Part shown: positions 10,515-22,020 of the stretch, one piece after another
Numbering within the stretch: the stretch's first letter is position 1
How the letters are laid out: every line of letters begins with the position of its first letter
Assembly (NCBI GenBank): GCA_033853695.1
Contig: JAWOLH010000045.1
Coordinates: 593 to 64,592, forward strand
Origin: Gemmatimonadales bacterium
GTDB taxonomy: Bacteria > Gemmatimonadota > Gemmatimonadetes > Gemmatimonadales > GWC2-71-9
DNA: 64,000 nt
Direction of reading: 5' to 3'
Program-made: the position numbers and the translations under genes
Notes under the pieces: model-generated
What the model saw: the letters and a program-made list of their open reading frames with translations, nothing else
The model's database searches: none
Told to the model about the DNA's origin: nothing

Positions 10515-11880
10515 GTCCTCCTCGGTATTCCGCTGCACCGAATGCGGCGCGGAGCAGCCAAGATGGGCGGGACGCTGCGACGCCTGCGGCGCGTGGAATA
10601 CGATGGTTGAGGAGCCGGTGATGAAGGTGCGGAGGCGGTCGGGACGGTCCGGCGGTCGTGCGGACGCGAGCATCGTCCCGACCGGCCGAGCGCCGGTCCG
10701 CCTGTCCGCGGTGAGCGGGGACGCAGTGAAGCGGTGGCGCACCGGGATCGACGAGTTCGATTTCGTGCTCGGTGGCGGGGTGGTCCCCGCATCGGTCGTC
10801 CTCGTGGGTGGGGAGCCCGGGATCGGGAAGTCGACCCTCTTGCTCCAGGTCGCCGCGCGGCTCGAGGCTGCCGGGGTGCCGACGCTGTACGTCTCGGGAG
10901 AGGAGTCTCCCCAGCAAATGCGCCTCCGCGCCGCTCGGCTGCAGGAGGACGCCGGCGCGGTCCAGGTGCTGGGCGAGACGCACCTCGAGAGTGTATTGCA
11001 TCACGCCGCGGCGGCCGGCGCGCAGGTCGTGTTCCTCGATTCAATCCAGACGACCTACACCGAGGAGCTCGAAGGCGCGCCGGGCAACGTCGGCCAGGTG
11101 CGCGAATGCGCCGCCCGGCTGATGCGGTTCGCCAAGGAGTCCGGTCCCGCGGTGTTCCTGGTCGGGCACGTGACGAAGGGCGGAGGGATCGCAGGGCCCC
11201 GGACGCTCGAGCATATCGTCGACACGGTGTTGTACTTCGAGGGCGAGCCGACGCTCGATCACCGCATCCTGCGCGCGGTGAAGAACCGGTTCGGATCGGT
11301 CGACGAGATCGGGGTGTTTCGCATGACCGCGGCGGGACTCGAGCCCGTCCCCGATCCGGCGGCGACGTTCCTCGCCGGGCGTCACACCGGCGTCTCGGGC
11401 TCGGCGGTGACGGCGTTGATGGAAGGCACCCGGCCGATGCTGGTCGAGGTGCAGGCGCTCGCGTCGAAGGCGGGCTTCGGCACGCCGCAGCGAGTGGCGA
11501 CGGGGCTCGATCAGCGGCGCCTCGCGGTGCTCCTGGCGGTGCTGGAGCGCCGCGGCAGCCTCCCTGTGGCCGCGCTCGACGTCTTCGTGAACGTCACGGG
11601 CGGGGTCCGCCTGCTCGAGCCGTCGAGCGACCTCGCGGTGCTGGCGGCCCTGGTGTCGAGCGTGCACGATCGTCCGGCGCCGGCCGATGCCCTGTTCCTC
11701 GGCGAGGTCGGGCTCGGCGGGGAAGTGCGTCCGGTCTCGGGGCTCGAGCGCCGCCTGGCGGAAGCCGAGCGACAGGGTTTCAAGCGCGTCTTTTTGTCCA
11801 CGCGATCGAGGGTCGCCGCGGGGCTCCAGGTCGTGGCGATCGAGCACGTCGGTGAGCTCGCCCGCCGGCTCGTCGCCTGA
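10507..11880 (+). CDS. radA: DNA repair protein RadA
   Basis: TTG start giving MAKSSSVFRCTECG. Zinc finger CTECG..CDACGAWNT, Walker A GGEPGIGKST, KNRFG motif, and a Lon-like C-terminal domain. Confidence 0.95.
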   Translation: MAKSSSVFRCTECGAEQPRWAGRCDACGAWNTMVEEPVMKVRRRSGRSGGRADASIVPTGRAPVRLSAVSGDAVKRWRTGIDEFDFVLGGGVVPASVVLVGGEPGIGKSTLLLQVAARLEAAGVPTLYVSGEESPQQMRLRAARLQEDAGAVQVLGETHLESVLHHAAAAGAQVVFLDSIQTTYTEELEGAPGNVGQVRECAARLMRFAKESGPAVFLVGHVTKGGGIAGPRTLEHIVDTVLYFEGEPTLDHRILRAVKNRFGSVDEIGVFRMTAAGLEPVPDPAATFLAGRHTGVSGSAVTALMEGTRPMLVEVQALASKAGFGTPQRVATGLDQRRLAVLLAVLERRGSLPVAALDVFVNVTGGVRLLEPSSDLAVLAALVSSVHDRPAPADALFLGEVGLGGEVRPVSGLERRLAEAERQGFKRVFLSTRSRVAAGLQVVAIEHVGELARRLVA

Positions 11881-11887
11881 CGTCGGG

Positions 11888-12559
11888 GTGGTGGTGGTGG
11901 CCGCGGGAGCGGGCGTGCGCGCCGGTCCCGGGGAGCCGAAGCAGTTCCGCTCGATCGGTGGGGTGCCGATGCTGCTCCGGGCGCTCCGGCACTTTCTCGA
12001 GCACAAGGACGTTTGTCGAATCGTGGTGACCCTGCCGCCCGGGTCGATCGAGCATCCCCCAACGTGGCTGGGGGCGCTGTTGGGCGACCGGCTGGTGGTG
12101 GTTCCGGGGGGCGCGACGCGCGCCGATTCGGTGCGGGCGGGGCTGCAGCTGCTCGATCCGCCTCCGGCGGTGATTCTGGTGCACGACGCGGCGCGGCCCT
12201 TCGTGTCGCCGACGACGATCGCGGCCGTGATCGAGCGGGCACGCGACGGGGTCGGGGCCGTGGCGGCGATTCCGGTCGCCGACACGATCAAGGATGTGGA
12301 CGACGATGGCCGGGTGGCGCGCACGGTATCGCGCGCGCGGCTGTGGCGCGCGCAAACGCCGCAGGGGTTCCCCGGTCGCATGCTGATCGATGCGTATCGG
12401 CGCTGGCCGCGCGACGGAGCGAACCCGACGGACGACGCCGAGGTGGTGGAGCACGCCGGCTTCGCCGTCGAAGTGGTGCAGGGGGCGGCGCGCAATCTCA
12501 AGGTGACGACGGAGGACGACTGGCGGCTGGCCGAGATACTGGCACGCGAGGAGGAGTGA
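11888..12559 (+). CDS. ispD: 2-C-methyl-D-erythritol 4-phosphate cytidylyltransferase
   Basis: VVVAAGAGVRAG..PKQF N-terminus, VLVHDAARPFV and TIKDVD motifs. The first plausible start is one of the GTG run at 11888-11899, just after the radA stop, so the exact start is uncertain. Confidence 0.85.
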   Translation: MVVVAAGAGVRAGPGEPKQFRSIGGVPMLLRALRHFLEHKDVCRIVVTLPPGSIEHPPTWLGALLGDRLVVVPGGATRADSVRAGLQLLDPPPAVILVHDAARPFVSPTTIAAVIERARDGVGAVAAIPVADTIKDVDDDGRVARTVSRARLWRAQTPQGFPGRMLIDAYRRWPRDGANPTDDAEVVEHAGFAVEVVQGAARNLKVTTEDDWRLAEILAREEE

Positions 12560-13209
12560 CGGCGATTCCGTTCACGACGCCGGAGGAGGCCGATGCGGCC
12601 ATCCCCGGGATCGTGCGGCACCTCCGTGGCGGGGGATTGCTCGCCTACCCCACGGAAACGGTGTACGGTTTGGGATCGCGACCGACCGACGCTGCGGTCC
12701 AGGCGTTGGCGTCGCTCAAAGGGCGGGCCGCCGGGAAGCCGTTTCTGCTGCTCGTCTCCAGCCGCGAGATGGCCGAAGCCCAGGGGCTCGCCTTCAACGA
12801 GTCGGCCCGGGCGCTCGTACGCGCGTTCTGGCCGGGACCGTTGACGCTCGTGCTGCCCGGTGGCGGAGGCCGCCTCCCCGACCTGTTGCGGGGACCGGAA
12901 GGGGGGATTGCCGTGCGTTGGACATCGCATCCCCTCATCGTCAAGCTCGTGGCGGAGCTCGGAGAGCCGCTGACGTCGACGTCGGCGAACATTCCCGGAT
13001 TGGCGCCGGCGCCCGGCGCGGAGGCCGTGTTGCGAGACTTTCGTGAAGCGGTCGTAACGGGGCAGCTCCTGGTGCTCGACGGCGGCGTGCTGGGGAACAG
13101 ACCCCCATCGACGGTCGTGGACTGCACCGGCCTCACGGCGCGCGTGATTCGCCCCGGCGCGGTGTCGCTCGCGGAGCTGCGGGCGGCCGCGGGAATCCTG
13201 GCACCGTGA
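12556..13209 (+). CDS. tsaC: L-threonylcarbamoyladenylate synthase (YrdC/TsaC domain)
   Basis: GTG at 12556 overlaps the ispD stop. Motifs LAYPTETVYGLG, KGRAAGKPFLLLV, FWPGPLTLVL and LTSTSAN. Confidence 0.85.
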   Translation: MTAIPFTTPEEADAAIPGIVRHLRGGGLLAYPTETVYGLGSRPTDAAVQALASLKGRAAGKPFLLLVSSREMAEAQGLAFNESARALVRAFWPGPLTLVLPGGGGRLPDLLRGPEGGIAVRWTSHPLIVKLVAELGEPLTSTSANIPGLAPAPGAEAVLRDFREAVVTGQLLVLDGGVLGNRPPSTVVDCTGLTARVIRPGAVSLAELRAAAGILAP

Positions 13210-13682
13210 AGCGCATTCTTTTCGTCTGCACCGGCAACATCTGCCGCAGTCCCCTGGCCGAGGCGCTGCTCAAACGCGCGCTGCACGAGCGGGGCGTCGA
13301 GGAGGTGAGCGTCGAGTCCGCCGGAACCGGGGCGTGGGACGGCGCGCCGGCATCCGAGGGCGCGTATCTGGTGGCGCTCGAGCGCGGGCTCGATCTCTCG
13401 GGCCATCGCGCCCGGCTGCTCACGCGCGAGATCGTCGAGGACGCGGCGATGATCCTGACGATGGCGCGCCATCATCGCGCGCGCGTGCACGAGCTGGGCG
13501 GGGAAGACCGCGTGCACGTGCTCGGCGAATACGTGGGCAGGAGCGGCGAGGAGGCCGAGGTGGGGGACCCCTTCGGCGGGGACCTCGAAGTGTACCGGGA
13601 CACGTGCGCCGAGCTCGAGGCGCTGATCGCCACGGTCGCCGACCGTCTGGCGGCCGAGGCGCGACGTGAGGATCGGCGGTAG
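13206..13682 (+). CDS. low-molecular-weight protein phosphatase (LMW-PTP / YwlE-like)
   Basis: P-loop MKRILFVCTGNICRSPLAEA and a DP general-acid motif (VGDPFGG). The GTG start overlaps the tsaC stop. Confidence 0.88.
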   Translation: MKRILFVCTGNICRSPLAEALLKRALHERGVEEVSVESAGTGAWDGAPASEGAYLVALERGLDLSGHRARLLTREIVEDAAMILTMARHHRARVHELGGEDRVHVLGEYVGRSGEEAEVGDPFGGDLEVYRDTCAELEALIATVADRLAAEARREDRR

Positions 13683-14484
13683 CACGCGGCTCCTCGCCGT
13701 CCTCGGCGATCCCGTCGCGCATTCCCTGTCTCCCGTCATGCACAACGCGGCGATCGATGCCCTGGGCCTCGATGCCGTGTACGTGGCGTTGCGCACGCCG
13801 GCAGCGGCGCTGCCCGAGACGCTCACGACCTTCACCCAACTCGGCGTCGCCGGCAACGTGACGGTGCCGCTCAAGGGTGCGGCGGAACGCTCGGTCGCGC
13901 GTAAAACGGACCTGTGCGCCCGCACCGGCTCGTGCAATACGTTCTGGGTGGAACAGAAGACGCTCGTCGGAGACAATACCGACGTTCCGGCGATCGCCGC
14001 CGAGGTGAAGGCTCTGGGGATCGACGGCGGGCGCTGGCTCGTGCTCGGCACGGGAGGTTCGGCCCGAGCCGTCGCTATCGCGGCGGCCCAGGTTGGGGCG
14101 GAGCTCCTCGTGCGTTCGCGCGACGCGAACCGCGCGAGAGCGTTCGCCGAGTGGGCCACCTCGCAGGGGGCCCCGGCCCGGCCGGCGCCTGCGGCCGCTC
14201 CCATGGACGTCATCGTGAACGCCACACCGCTAGGACTGCGCGACAGCGACCCGATGCCCATCGACATCTCCGCCGCACCGGAGCTCCGGGCCGCCCTCGA
14301 TCTCGTGTATCGCCCCGGGACTTCCCGCTGGGTGCGGGAGTTGTCCCGTCACGGCGTTGTCGCGCGCGATGGGCGGGGCGTGCTGGTTCGGCAGGGGGCG
14401 CTCGCCTGGCAGCGGTTCTTCCCCGGCGAGTCGGCACCAATCGAGGTGATGCGCGCGGCAGTCGAGCGCGCGCTGCGCGGGTAA
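13666..14484 (+). CDS. aroE: shikimate 5-dehydrogenase
   Basis: LLAVLGDPVAHSLSPVMHNAA, NVTVPLK, NTD and LGTGGSARAV. The GTG start overlaps the phosphatase gene by 17 nt. Confidence 0.88.
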   Translation: MRIGGSTRLLAVLGDPVAHSLSPVMHNAAIDALGLDAVYVALRTPAAALPETLTTFTQLGVAGNVTVPLKGAAERSVARKTDLCARTGSCNTFWVEQKTLVGDNTDVPAIAAEVKALGIDGGRWLVLGTGGSARAVAIAAAQVGAELLVRSRDANRARAFAEWATSQGAPARPAPAAAPMDVIVNATPLGLRDSDPMPIDISAAPELRAALDLVYRPGTSRWVRELSRHGVVARDGRGVLVRQGALAWQRFFPGESAPIEVMRAAVERALRG

Positions 14485-14496
14485 CTGCGACCATGG

Positions 14497-15282
14497 TTGT
14501 GGCTCGGCGCGGCGCGCCTGACCGTGACTGATTCACACGCCGATCGACCACTGATCTTGGCCACGCTCTCCCACGCCCTCGAGCAGCTCCTCCTCCCCGC
14601 CGAATGCCTGGTGTGTCATCGCCTGCTCGGTCCTCGGTTCGCCGAGGACCTCGTCTGCCCGGTGTGTCGTTTGCGGTGGCGTCCGGTGCGCCGTCCGTGG
14701 TGCGAGCGGTGCGGTCAACCGGAGCCGCACTTCGGGCCGTGCCGGCTGTGTCGCGAGTGGCCGGAGGAACTCGAGATCGTGCGGTCGGCGGTGTGGCTGG
14801 ACGGCGGGGCCCGCAGGGCCGTGCACGCGCTGAAGTACGAGGGGCTGGCGCGGATCGGGCGCGACATGGCCGCGGTCGTCGCTCGACTGGTCGAGCGTCC
14901 CCGACCCGCGTCTGTTCTCGTCCCTATTCCGCTCGGCCACAAGCGCCGCGCCCGGCGCGGCTACAATCAGAGTGAGGCGCTCGCCGCCCCGCTGGCGCAG
15001 GCCTGGGGGCTGACGAATCGTCCGGAACTCCTTGTCCGAAAGCGTGATACGCCGACGCAAACGGCGTTGACACCGGCGGCTCGTCTAGCGAACGTGGCGG
15101 GGGCTTTTGAAGCCCGAACTGCGGAATGTCGCAACCCGAACGGCACTCCGGTCGTGCTCATCGATGATGTCTTCACGACCGGCGCGACGCTGGTGGAAGC
15201 GGCGCGCGCATTGGCCGCAGCGGGGTTTGAATCGATCACGGCCGTGACCTTCGGCCGGGCGAGCATACCGGACTTCAATTAG
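14497..15282 (+). CDS. comF: ComF-family phosphoribosyltransferase-domain protein
   Basis: N-terminal Cys pairs CLVCH..CPVCRLRW..CERCG..CRLC and a PRTase motif VVLIDDVFTTGATL. The start is uncertain (TTG 14497 or GTG 14524). Confidence 0.8.
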   Translation: MWLGAARLTVTDSHADRPLILATLSHALEQLLLPAECLVCHRLLGPRFAEDLVCPVCRLRWRPVRRPWCERCGQPEPHFGPCRLCREWPEELEIVRSAVWLDGGARRAVHALKYEGLARIGRDMAAVVARLVERPRPASVLVPIPLGHKRRARRGYNQSEALAAPLAQAWGLTNRPELLVRKRDTPTQTALTPAARLANVAGAFEARTAECRNPNGTPVVLIDDVFTTGATLVEAARALAAAGFESITAVTFGRASIPDFN

Positions 15283-17476
<2,194 letters not shown>

Positions 17477-17480
<4 letters not shown>

Positions 17481-18226
17481 GGTCGCTGCTCTTCGCCGCC
17501 AACTGGAAGATGCATCTCGGTCCCGCCGCAGCGCGGGTCTATCTCGATCAATTCCTCTCTGCGTACACGGTGCAGCCCGGCCGCCGGGTCTGGTTCTTTC
17601 CCGCGGCGATTTCACTGCACACGGTGTCGCAGCAGATCGCCGGACGGGAGGACCTCGCGGCTGGCGCCCAGGACGTCCACTGGGAGCCGCAGGGGGCCTT
17701 TACCGGCGCCATTTCGGTGCCGCTCGCGGCGGAATCGGGGGCGCGGGCGGCGCTCGTGGGGCATTCCGAGCGACGCCACGTCTTCGGCGAGAGCGACGCC
17801 GATACCGCCAGGAAGGTCCGTGCCGTTCTCACGGGGGGACTCGTCCCGGTGCTGTGTGTCGGCGAAAAGCTGGAGCAACGCGAGGCGGGGGAGACGCTCG
17901 GCGTCGTGCAGCGACAGCTCGTGGCGGCGCTCGACGGCCTCGAGACCGAGGCGCTGCGCAAGGTGATCATCGCCTACGAGCCGGTCTGGGCGATCGGCAC
18001 GGGGAAGAACGCCACACCGGCCGACGCCGCCCAGGTCCACGCGGATATCCGTTCGTGGCTCCAACGGCGGGGCGCTGCGGCGCCGGTGATCCTCTATGGT
18101 GGCAGCGTCAATCTCAAGAACATCGCCGACCTCCTGGCGGAGCGAGAATTGGACGGGGTGCTGGTCGGTGGGGCGTCGCTCGATCCCGCGACGTGGGTTC
18201 AACTTGTGTCGACGCCGGTTACCTAG
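17477..18226 (+). CDS. tpiA: triosephosphate isomerase
   Basis: GTG overlaps the pgk stop. Motifs AANWKMH, VGHSERR and [12 protein letters not shown]. Confidence 0.93.
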
Positions 18227-18242
18227 GTATACTCCGCCCGCG

Positions 18243-18632
18243 ATGTACACCGTTCTCCTCATTCTGCTGCTGCTCACCTCATTGGTGATGGCCACGGCCG
18301 TGCTGCTCCAGGCAGGGCAGGGCGGCGGCCTGGCTTCGTTGGGGGGCGCCGGCGGCACGAGCGACATGGTCATGGGGGGACGCCAGGCGACGACGCTGCT
18401 GCACACCGTCACGTGGTGGTGCGCCGGGATTTTCCTGTTTCTCGCGCTCGTCCTGGCGCTGATGTCCTCGCACGCGGGCGGGCCCCGCTCGGTGCTCGAG
18501 ACCGCGCCCACGCAGGCGCCGGCGCCGGTACAGCCCGCGCCGCTGCCGATTCAGTCCGCGCCCGCGGCCGGCAATACCGCGCCGGCGACCCAGCCGAACA
18601 CCCCTACTCCGCCCCCGAAGCCCAATCGCTGA
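18243..18632 (+). CDS. secG: preprotein translocase subunit SecG
   Basis: MYTVLLILLLLTSLVMATAVLLQAGQGGGLASLGG is a typical SecG N-terminus. There is a second TM segment and a Pro/Ala-rich tail. The gap-pgk-tpiA-secG order is a widely conserved cluster. Confidence 0.8.
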   Translation: MYTVLLILLLLTSLVMATAVLLQAGQGGGLASLGGAGGTSDMVMGGRQATTLLHTVTWWCAGIFLFLALVLALMSSHAGGPRSVLETAPTQAPAPVQPAPLPIQSAPAAGNTAPATQPNTPTPPPKPNR

Positions 18633-18648
18633 CCGACTGCCGGCGTAC

Positions 18649-19728
18649 GTGCTCCTGGAGGATGGCGCCTGCTACGCCGGAACCGCGCCGCTCCCCTTCG
18701 AGCCCGCCTACGCCGAGGTCGTCTTCACGACGAATCTGAGCGGCTACCAGGAGGTCTTTACCGATCCCTCCTACCTGGGGCAACTCGTGGTGATGACCGC
18801 GCCGATGATCGGGAACTACGGCATCAACCCCGAAGACCTGGAGTCCGACCGCCCGCGTGTGGCGGGGGTGGTGGTACGCGAGCTGACCGAGCACCCCTCC
18901 AACTGGCGCGCGACGGGCGGGCTCGCCGAATGGCTCGCCGCGGCGCGGATTCCGCTGGTGGCCGACGTCGATACCCGTCAGCTCACGCGTCACATTCGCG
19001 CGAAAGGCGCGATGCGCGGCGTCCTCGCGACCGGCGCGGCGCCCACCGAGGCCGTGCGCCGGCAGCTCGAGGCGTCGCCCCGGATGGATGGACTCGATCT
19101 CGCGAGCGCTGCCACGGTTGCGAAAGAGCACGTGGAAGGCCCGGCAGACGCGCGGCACCACGTCGTCGCCCTCGATTTCGGGATGAAGCGCAACATCGTG
19201 CGCCTGTTCGTCCAGAACGGGTGCCGGGTCACCGTTGTCCCCGCGCAGACGTCCGCCGACCGGGTGCGCGAGCTCGCCCCCGACGGGGTCTTCCTCTCCA
19301 ATGGGCCAGGGGACCCGGCCGCGGTGGGCTATGCGGTCGAGACGATTCGCGATCTCGCTGACGGGACACTGCCGATCTTCGGCATCTGCCTCGGCCATCA
19401 GCTCCTCGGGCTGGCGTTTGGGGGCGAGACGGTGAAGCTCCCCTACGGCCATCGCGGCGGTAACCACCCGGTGCGTGATCTTGCGAGCGGGCAAGTGCTT
19501 ATCACGTCGCAGAACCATGGATTCGCCGTCCAGGGCGATGCGAGCGGCGTGCCTGGTGCGAAAGCACTTGAGGTCACGCACCTTAACCTCAATGACGGCA
19601 CCGTAGAAGGCGTCCGCCACAGAGAATACCAGATCTTCGCTGTGCAATACCACCCCGAGGCGTCTCCCGGCCCCCACGACGCCCAACAGCACTTCCGTGA
19701 GTTCCTCCAAGCTCTTGACAGTCAATAG
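18649..19728 (+). CDS. carA: carbamoyl-phosphate synthase small (glutaminase) subunit
   Basis: LEDGACYAG.., EVVFTTNLSGYQEVFTDPSY, catalytic GICLGHQ and QYHPEASPGPHD. No carB follows it in this window. Confidence 0.93.
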   Translation: MLLEDGACYAGTAPLPFEPAYAEVVFTTNLSGYQEVFTDPSYLGQLVVMTAPMIGNYGINPEDLESDRPRVAGVVVRELTEHPSNWRATGGLAEWLAAARIPLVADVDTRQLTRHIRAKGAMRGVLATGAAPTEAVRRQLEASPRMDGLDLASAATVAKEHVEGPADARHHVVALDFGMKRNIVRLFVQNGCRVTVVPAQTSADRVRELAPDGVFLSNGPGDPAAVGYAVETIRDLADGTLPIFGICLGHQLLGLAFGGETVKLPYGHRGGNHPVRDLASGQVLITSQNHGFAVQGDASGVPGAKALEVTHLNLNDGTVEGVRHREYQIFAVQYHPEASPGPHDAQQHFREFLQALDSQ

Positions 19729-19744
19729 CTAAGCGCCGTATGTT
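19715..19744 (+). promoter_or_regulatory. putative promoter of the HU/IHF gene
   Basis: TTGACA (19715-19720), N18, TATGTT (19739-19744), straddling the carA stop about 45 nt upstream of the ATG. Confidence 0.4.
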
Positions 19745-19788
19745 GGGCCCCCGGTTGTGGTATTCCCTGGGCCCTTCGGGGGGTACGG

Positions 19789-20103
19789 ATGACGAAGGCC
19801 GACTTGGTCGAGAAGGTCACCGCACAAATCGCTCGCACCGCCGGTCCCCTGATTTCCAAGAAGGACTGCGCGCGCGTAGTCGACTCATTCTTAGACGCGG
19901 TGAAGGCGGCCTTGGCCGAGCAGCATAACATTGAGATACGCGGGTTTGGGACCTTTAAGATCCGCCAGCGCAAGACGCGCATGGCTCGCAACCCGCGGAC
20001 AGGCGATCCCGTCGAAGTGGCCGCGCGCCCCGTGCCGGTGTTCAAGCCCAGCAAGGAGTTGCGCGCCATGGTGGCGGACCACAACGCCAACGTGCCGTCG
20101 TAA
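19789..20103 (+). CDS. HU/IHF-family DNA-binding protein
   Basis: MTKADLVEKV.., RGFGTFKIRQRKTRMARNPRTGDPVEV (beta-arm with conserved Pro) and KPSKELR. Confidence 0.85.
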   Translation: MTKADLVEKVTAQIARTAGPLISKKDCARVVDSFLDAVKAALAEQHNIEIRGFGTFKIRQRKTRMARNPRTGDPVEVAARPVPVFKPSKELRAMVADHNANVPS

Positions 20104-20126
20104 CCCGCAGTTCTCAAGCGACTTGG

Positions 20127-20172
20127 CGCGGCCCCGCTCGGCAAAACCCCGACGGGGCCGCGTTGCGTTTCC
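20127..20172 (+). terminator. intrinsic terminator after the HU/IHF gene
   Basis: CGCGGCCCCG (20127-20136) pairs with CGGGGCCGCG (20153-20162). An inner TCGG/CCGA extends the stem, leaving a 7-nt loop. TTGCGTTT follows. Confidence 0.6.
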
Positions 20173-20220
20173 TGGGTATCATTCTCCTTCTGGCTTCACC
20201 CACTCAACCCGAGGGACTGC

Positions 20221-22011
20221 ATGCGCTTGTACCGGTGGTCCGCCAGCGCCGTCATTCCGTTGCTCCTTCTTCCACCAGCCGGCGCGCAGGCCGTGCGGTA
20301 CGAAGTCTCGATCGCGTCCGCAGCGGGCCATCTATTCCATGTGAAGGCCGAATTCCCCACGAGCGGGCTCGACACACTCCTGGTGTCGCTCCCGGCGTGG
20401 AGCCCGGGCAACTACGAGATCCAGAATTATGCGCGGTTTGTCCGACATTTTGGGGTCCACGACGCCGCCGGCAAGGCGCTCTTCTGGGATCGGGTCGACA
20501 AGGACACCTGGCGCGCCGGCACGGCCAGAAACCCCTCGCTCACCGTCGAGTTCGATTATCTCGCGGATACGATCGATCTGTCACAGGCACGGTTGGTCTC
20601 CGACTTCGGCCAGTTCCTCGGCACCAATCTCTTTCTCTACCAGGTAGGACATCTCGAGCGTCCCGCCGAGGTGCGCTTCGCGCTGCCGACAGGGTGGGAC
20701 GTGATGACGGCGCTCACCCGTGCGGGTGACGCCTACAAGGCCGCAGACTACCACGAGCTCGCCGACGCCGAGACGTTCGTCGGTCACTTCTCGCGCGACT
20801 CGATTTCGGTGGATGGGAAGTGGATCCGGATCGCGTTCTGGCCCTCAGCGGATTACACGCCCCAGGCGGCAAGGAATCTGCGTGACGGGATCGGCCGCCA
20901 GGCGGCGACGCAGAACAAGCTGATGGGTGGAGCACCCTACGACGTCTACACCATCTTCTTCAACATCATTCACGAACCGATCCAGTTCGGTGGCGGCCTC
21001 GAGCATGCCGCTTCGCAGTACGACATCCTGCCGACGGAGATGTACGCCGATGCAAGCGGCACGCTGGGCTCGTTCGTCCGCCCGCTGACGGCGCACGAGT
21101 TCTTCCACTTGTGGAACGTGAAGCGCATCCGCCCGGCCGAAATGTGGCCCTACGACTATCGCGCGGAGCAGTACACCCCGCTCCTGTGGTGGTCGGAGGG
21201 AGTGACCGATTACTACGGGGACCTCACCGATCTCCGCGCCGGTCTGTTCAACGACTCCCTGTGGCTCGCCAGTACGCAGTCGAACGTGGACCAGGTGGAG
21301 CAGATCCCCGAGCCCTGGAGCGAAGAAGACGGCAGCCTCGCGACCTGGATCAACGAGGTCTACGACAACAGCTCACAGATGTACTATCCCAAGGGCTCGC
21401 TCACGGGGTTGCTGCTCGACATCTCGATCCGCAATGCGACCGACAACAAACACTCGCTCGACGAGGTCACGCGCAACCTGTACACGCGGTTCTACAAACA
21501 AGGGAAGGGCTTCCATACCGTCGACCTGCTGGCACTGCTGACCGAGGCGGGGATGCCGGATGTCAGCGGGTTCTACCAGCGTTACATCAACGGCCGGGAC
21601 CCGTTCCCGTACGAGCAGATTCTTCCCCTCGCCGGAATCGCGGTGCAGCACAGCAGCACGACGTCGATATTTCTCGGCGTGTCCTTCGCCGGCGTGGCGA
21701 ACGTGCTGGCGGACGTGGTGGACGGCGGGCCGGCGCAGACCGCTGGTCTGCAGGCGGGGGACACGATCGTGTCGGTCGGCGACATTACGGTGTCCCCCGA
21801 CAAGGACTGGGGGCCCACATTCCGGTCGCGCTACGCCGGACAACCGGGACCGGTCCCGGTCGTCGTGCGCCGGGACGGCAGGACGTTGACGCTGAACGTG
21901 ACGCCCGGCCAGCGGATGGTGAACGAGGTGACACTATCGCGCATGGCGAATCCGAGCGCCAAGGCGGCGAGGATCTGGCAGGGGATCGCGACCGGAACCG
22001 TAGACAAGTAG
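20221..22011 (+). CDS. secreted M61-family metallopeptidase with C-terminal PDZ domain
   Basis: Signal peptide MRLYRWSASAVIPLLLLPPAGAQA, zinc motif HEFFHLWNVKRIRP, and a PDZ-like GGPAQTAGLQAGDTIVSVGD. Confidence 0.85.
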   Translation: MRLYRWSASAVIPLLLLPPAGAQAVRYEVSIASAAGHLFHVKAEFPTSGLDTLLVSLPAWSPGNYEIQNYARFVRHFGVHDAAGKALFWDRVDKDTWRAGTARNPSLTVEFDYLADTIDLSQARLVSDFGQFLGTNLFLYQVGHLERPAEVRFALPTGWDVMTALTRAGDAYKAADYHELADAETFVGHFSRDSISVDGKWIRIAFWPSADYTPQAARNLRDGIGRQAATQNKLMGGAPYDVYTIFFNIIHEPIQFGGGLEHAASQYDILPTEMYADASGTLGSFVRPLTAHEFFHLWNVKRIRPAEMWPYDYRAEQYTPLLWWSEGVTDYYGDLTDLRAGLFNDSLWLASTQSNVDQVEQIPEPWSEEDGSLATWINEVYDNSSQMYYPKGSLTGLLLDISIRNATDNKHSLDEVTRNLYTRFYKQGKGFHTVDLLALLTEAGMPDVSGFYQRYINGRDPFPYEQILPLAGIAVQHSSTTSIFLGVSFAGVANVLADVVDGGPAQTAGLQAGDTIVSVGDITVSPDKDWGPTFRSRYAGQPGPVPVVVRRDGRTLTLNVTPGQRMVNEVTLSRMANPSAKAARIWQGIATGTVDK

Positions 22012-22020
22012 CTGCCGGTC

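Noticed and set aside
8900-10600. Replication origin or DnaA-box cluster near dnaB.
   Set aside because: I found no cluster of TTATCCACA-like boxes and no AT-rich unwinding region. dnaB is embedded in a coding array with no intergenic space.
18649-19728. carA without an adjacent carB, considered as a pseudogene or remnant.
   Set aside because: The ORF is full length with intact catalytic Cys-His motifs. Split car genes are common, so carB is presumably elsewhere.
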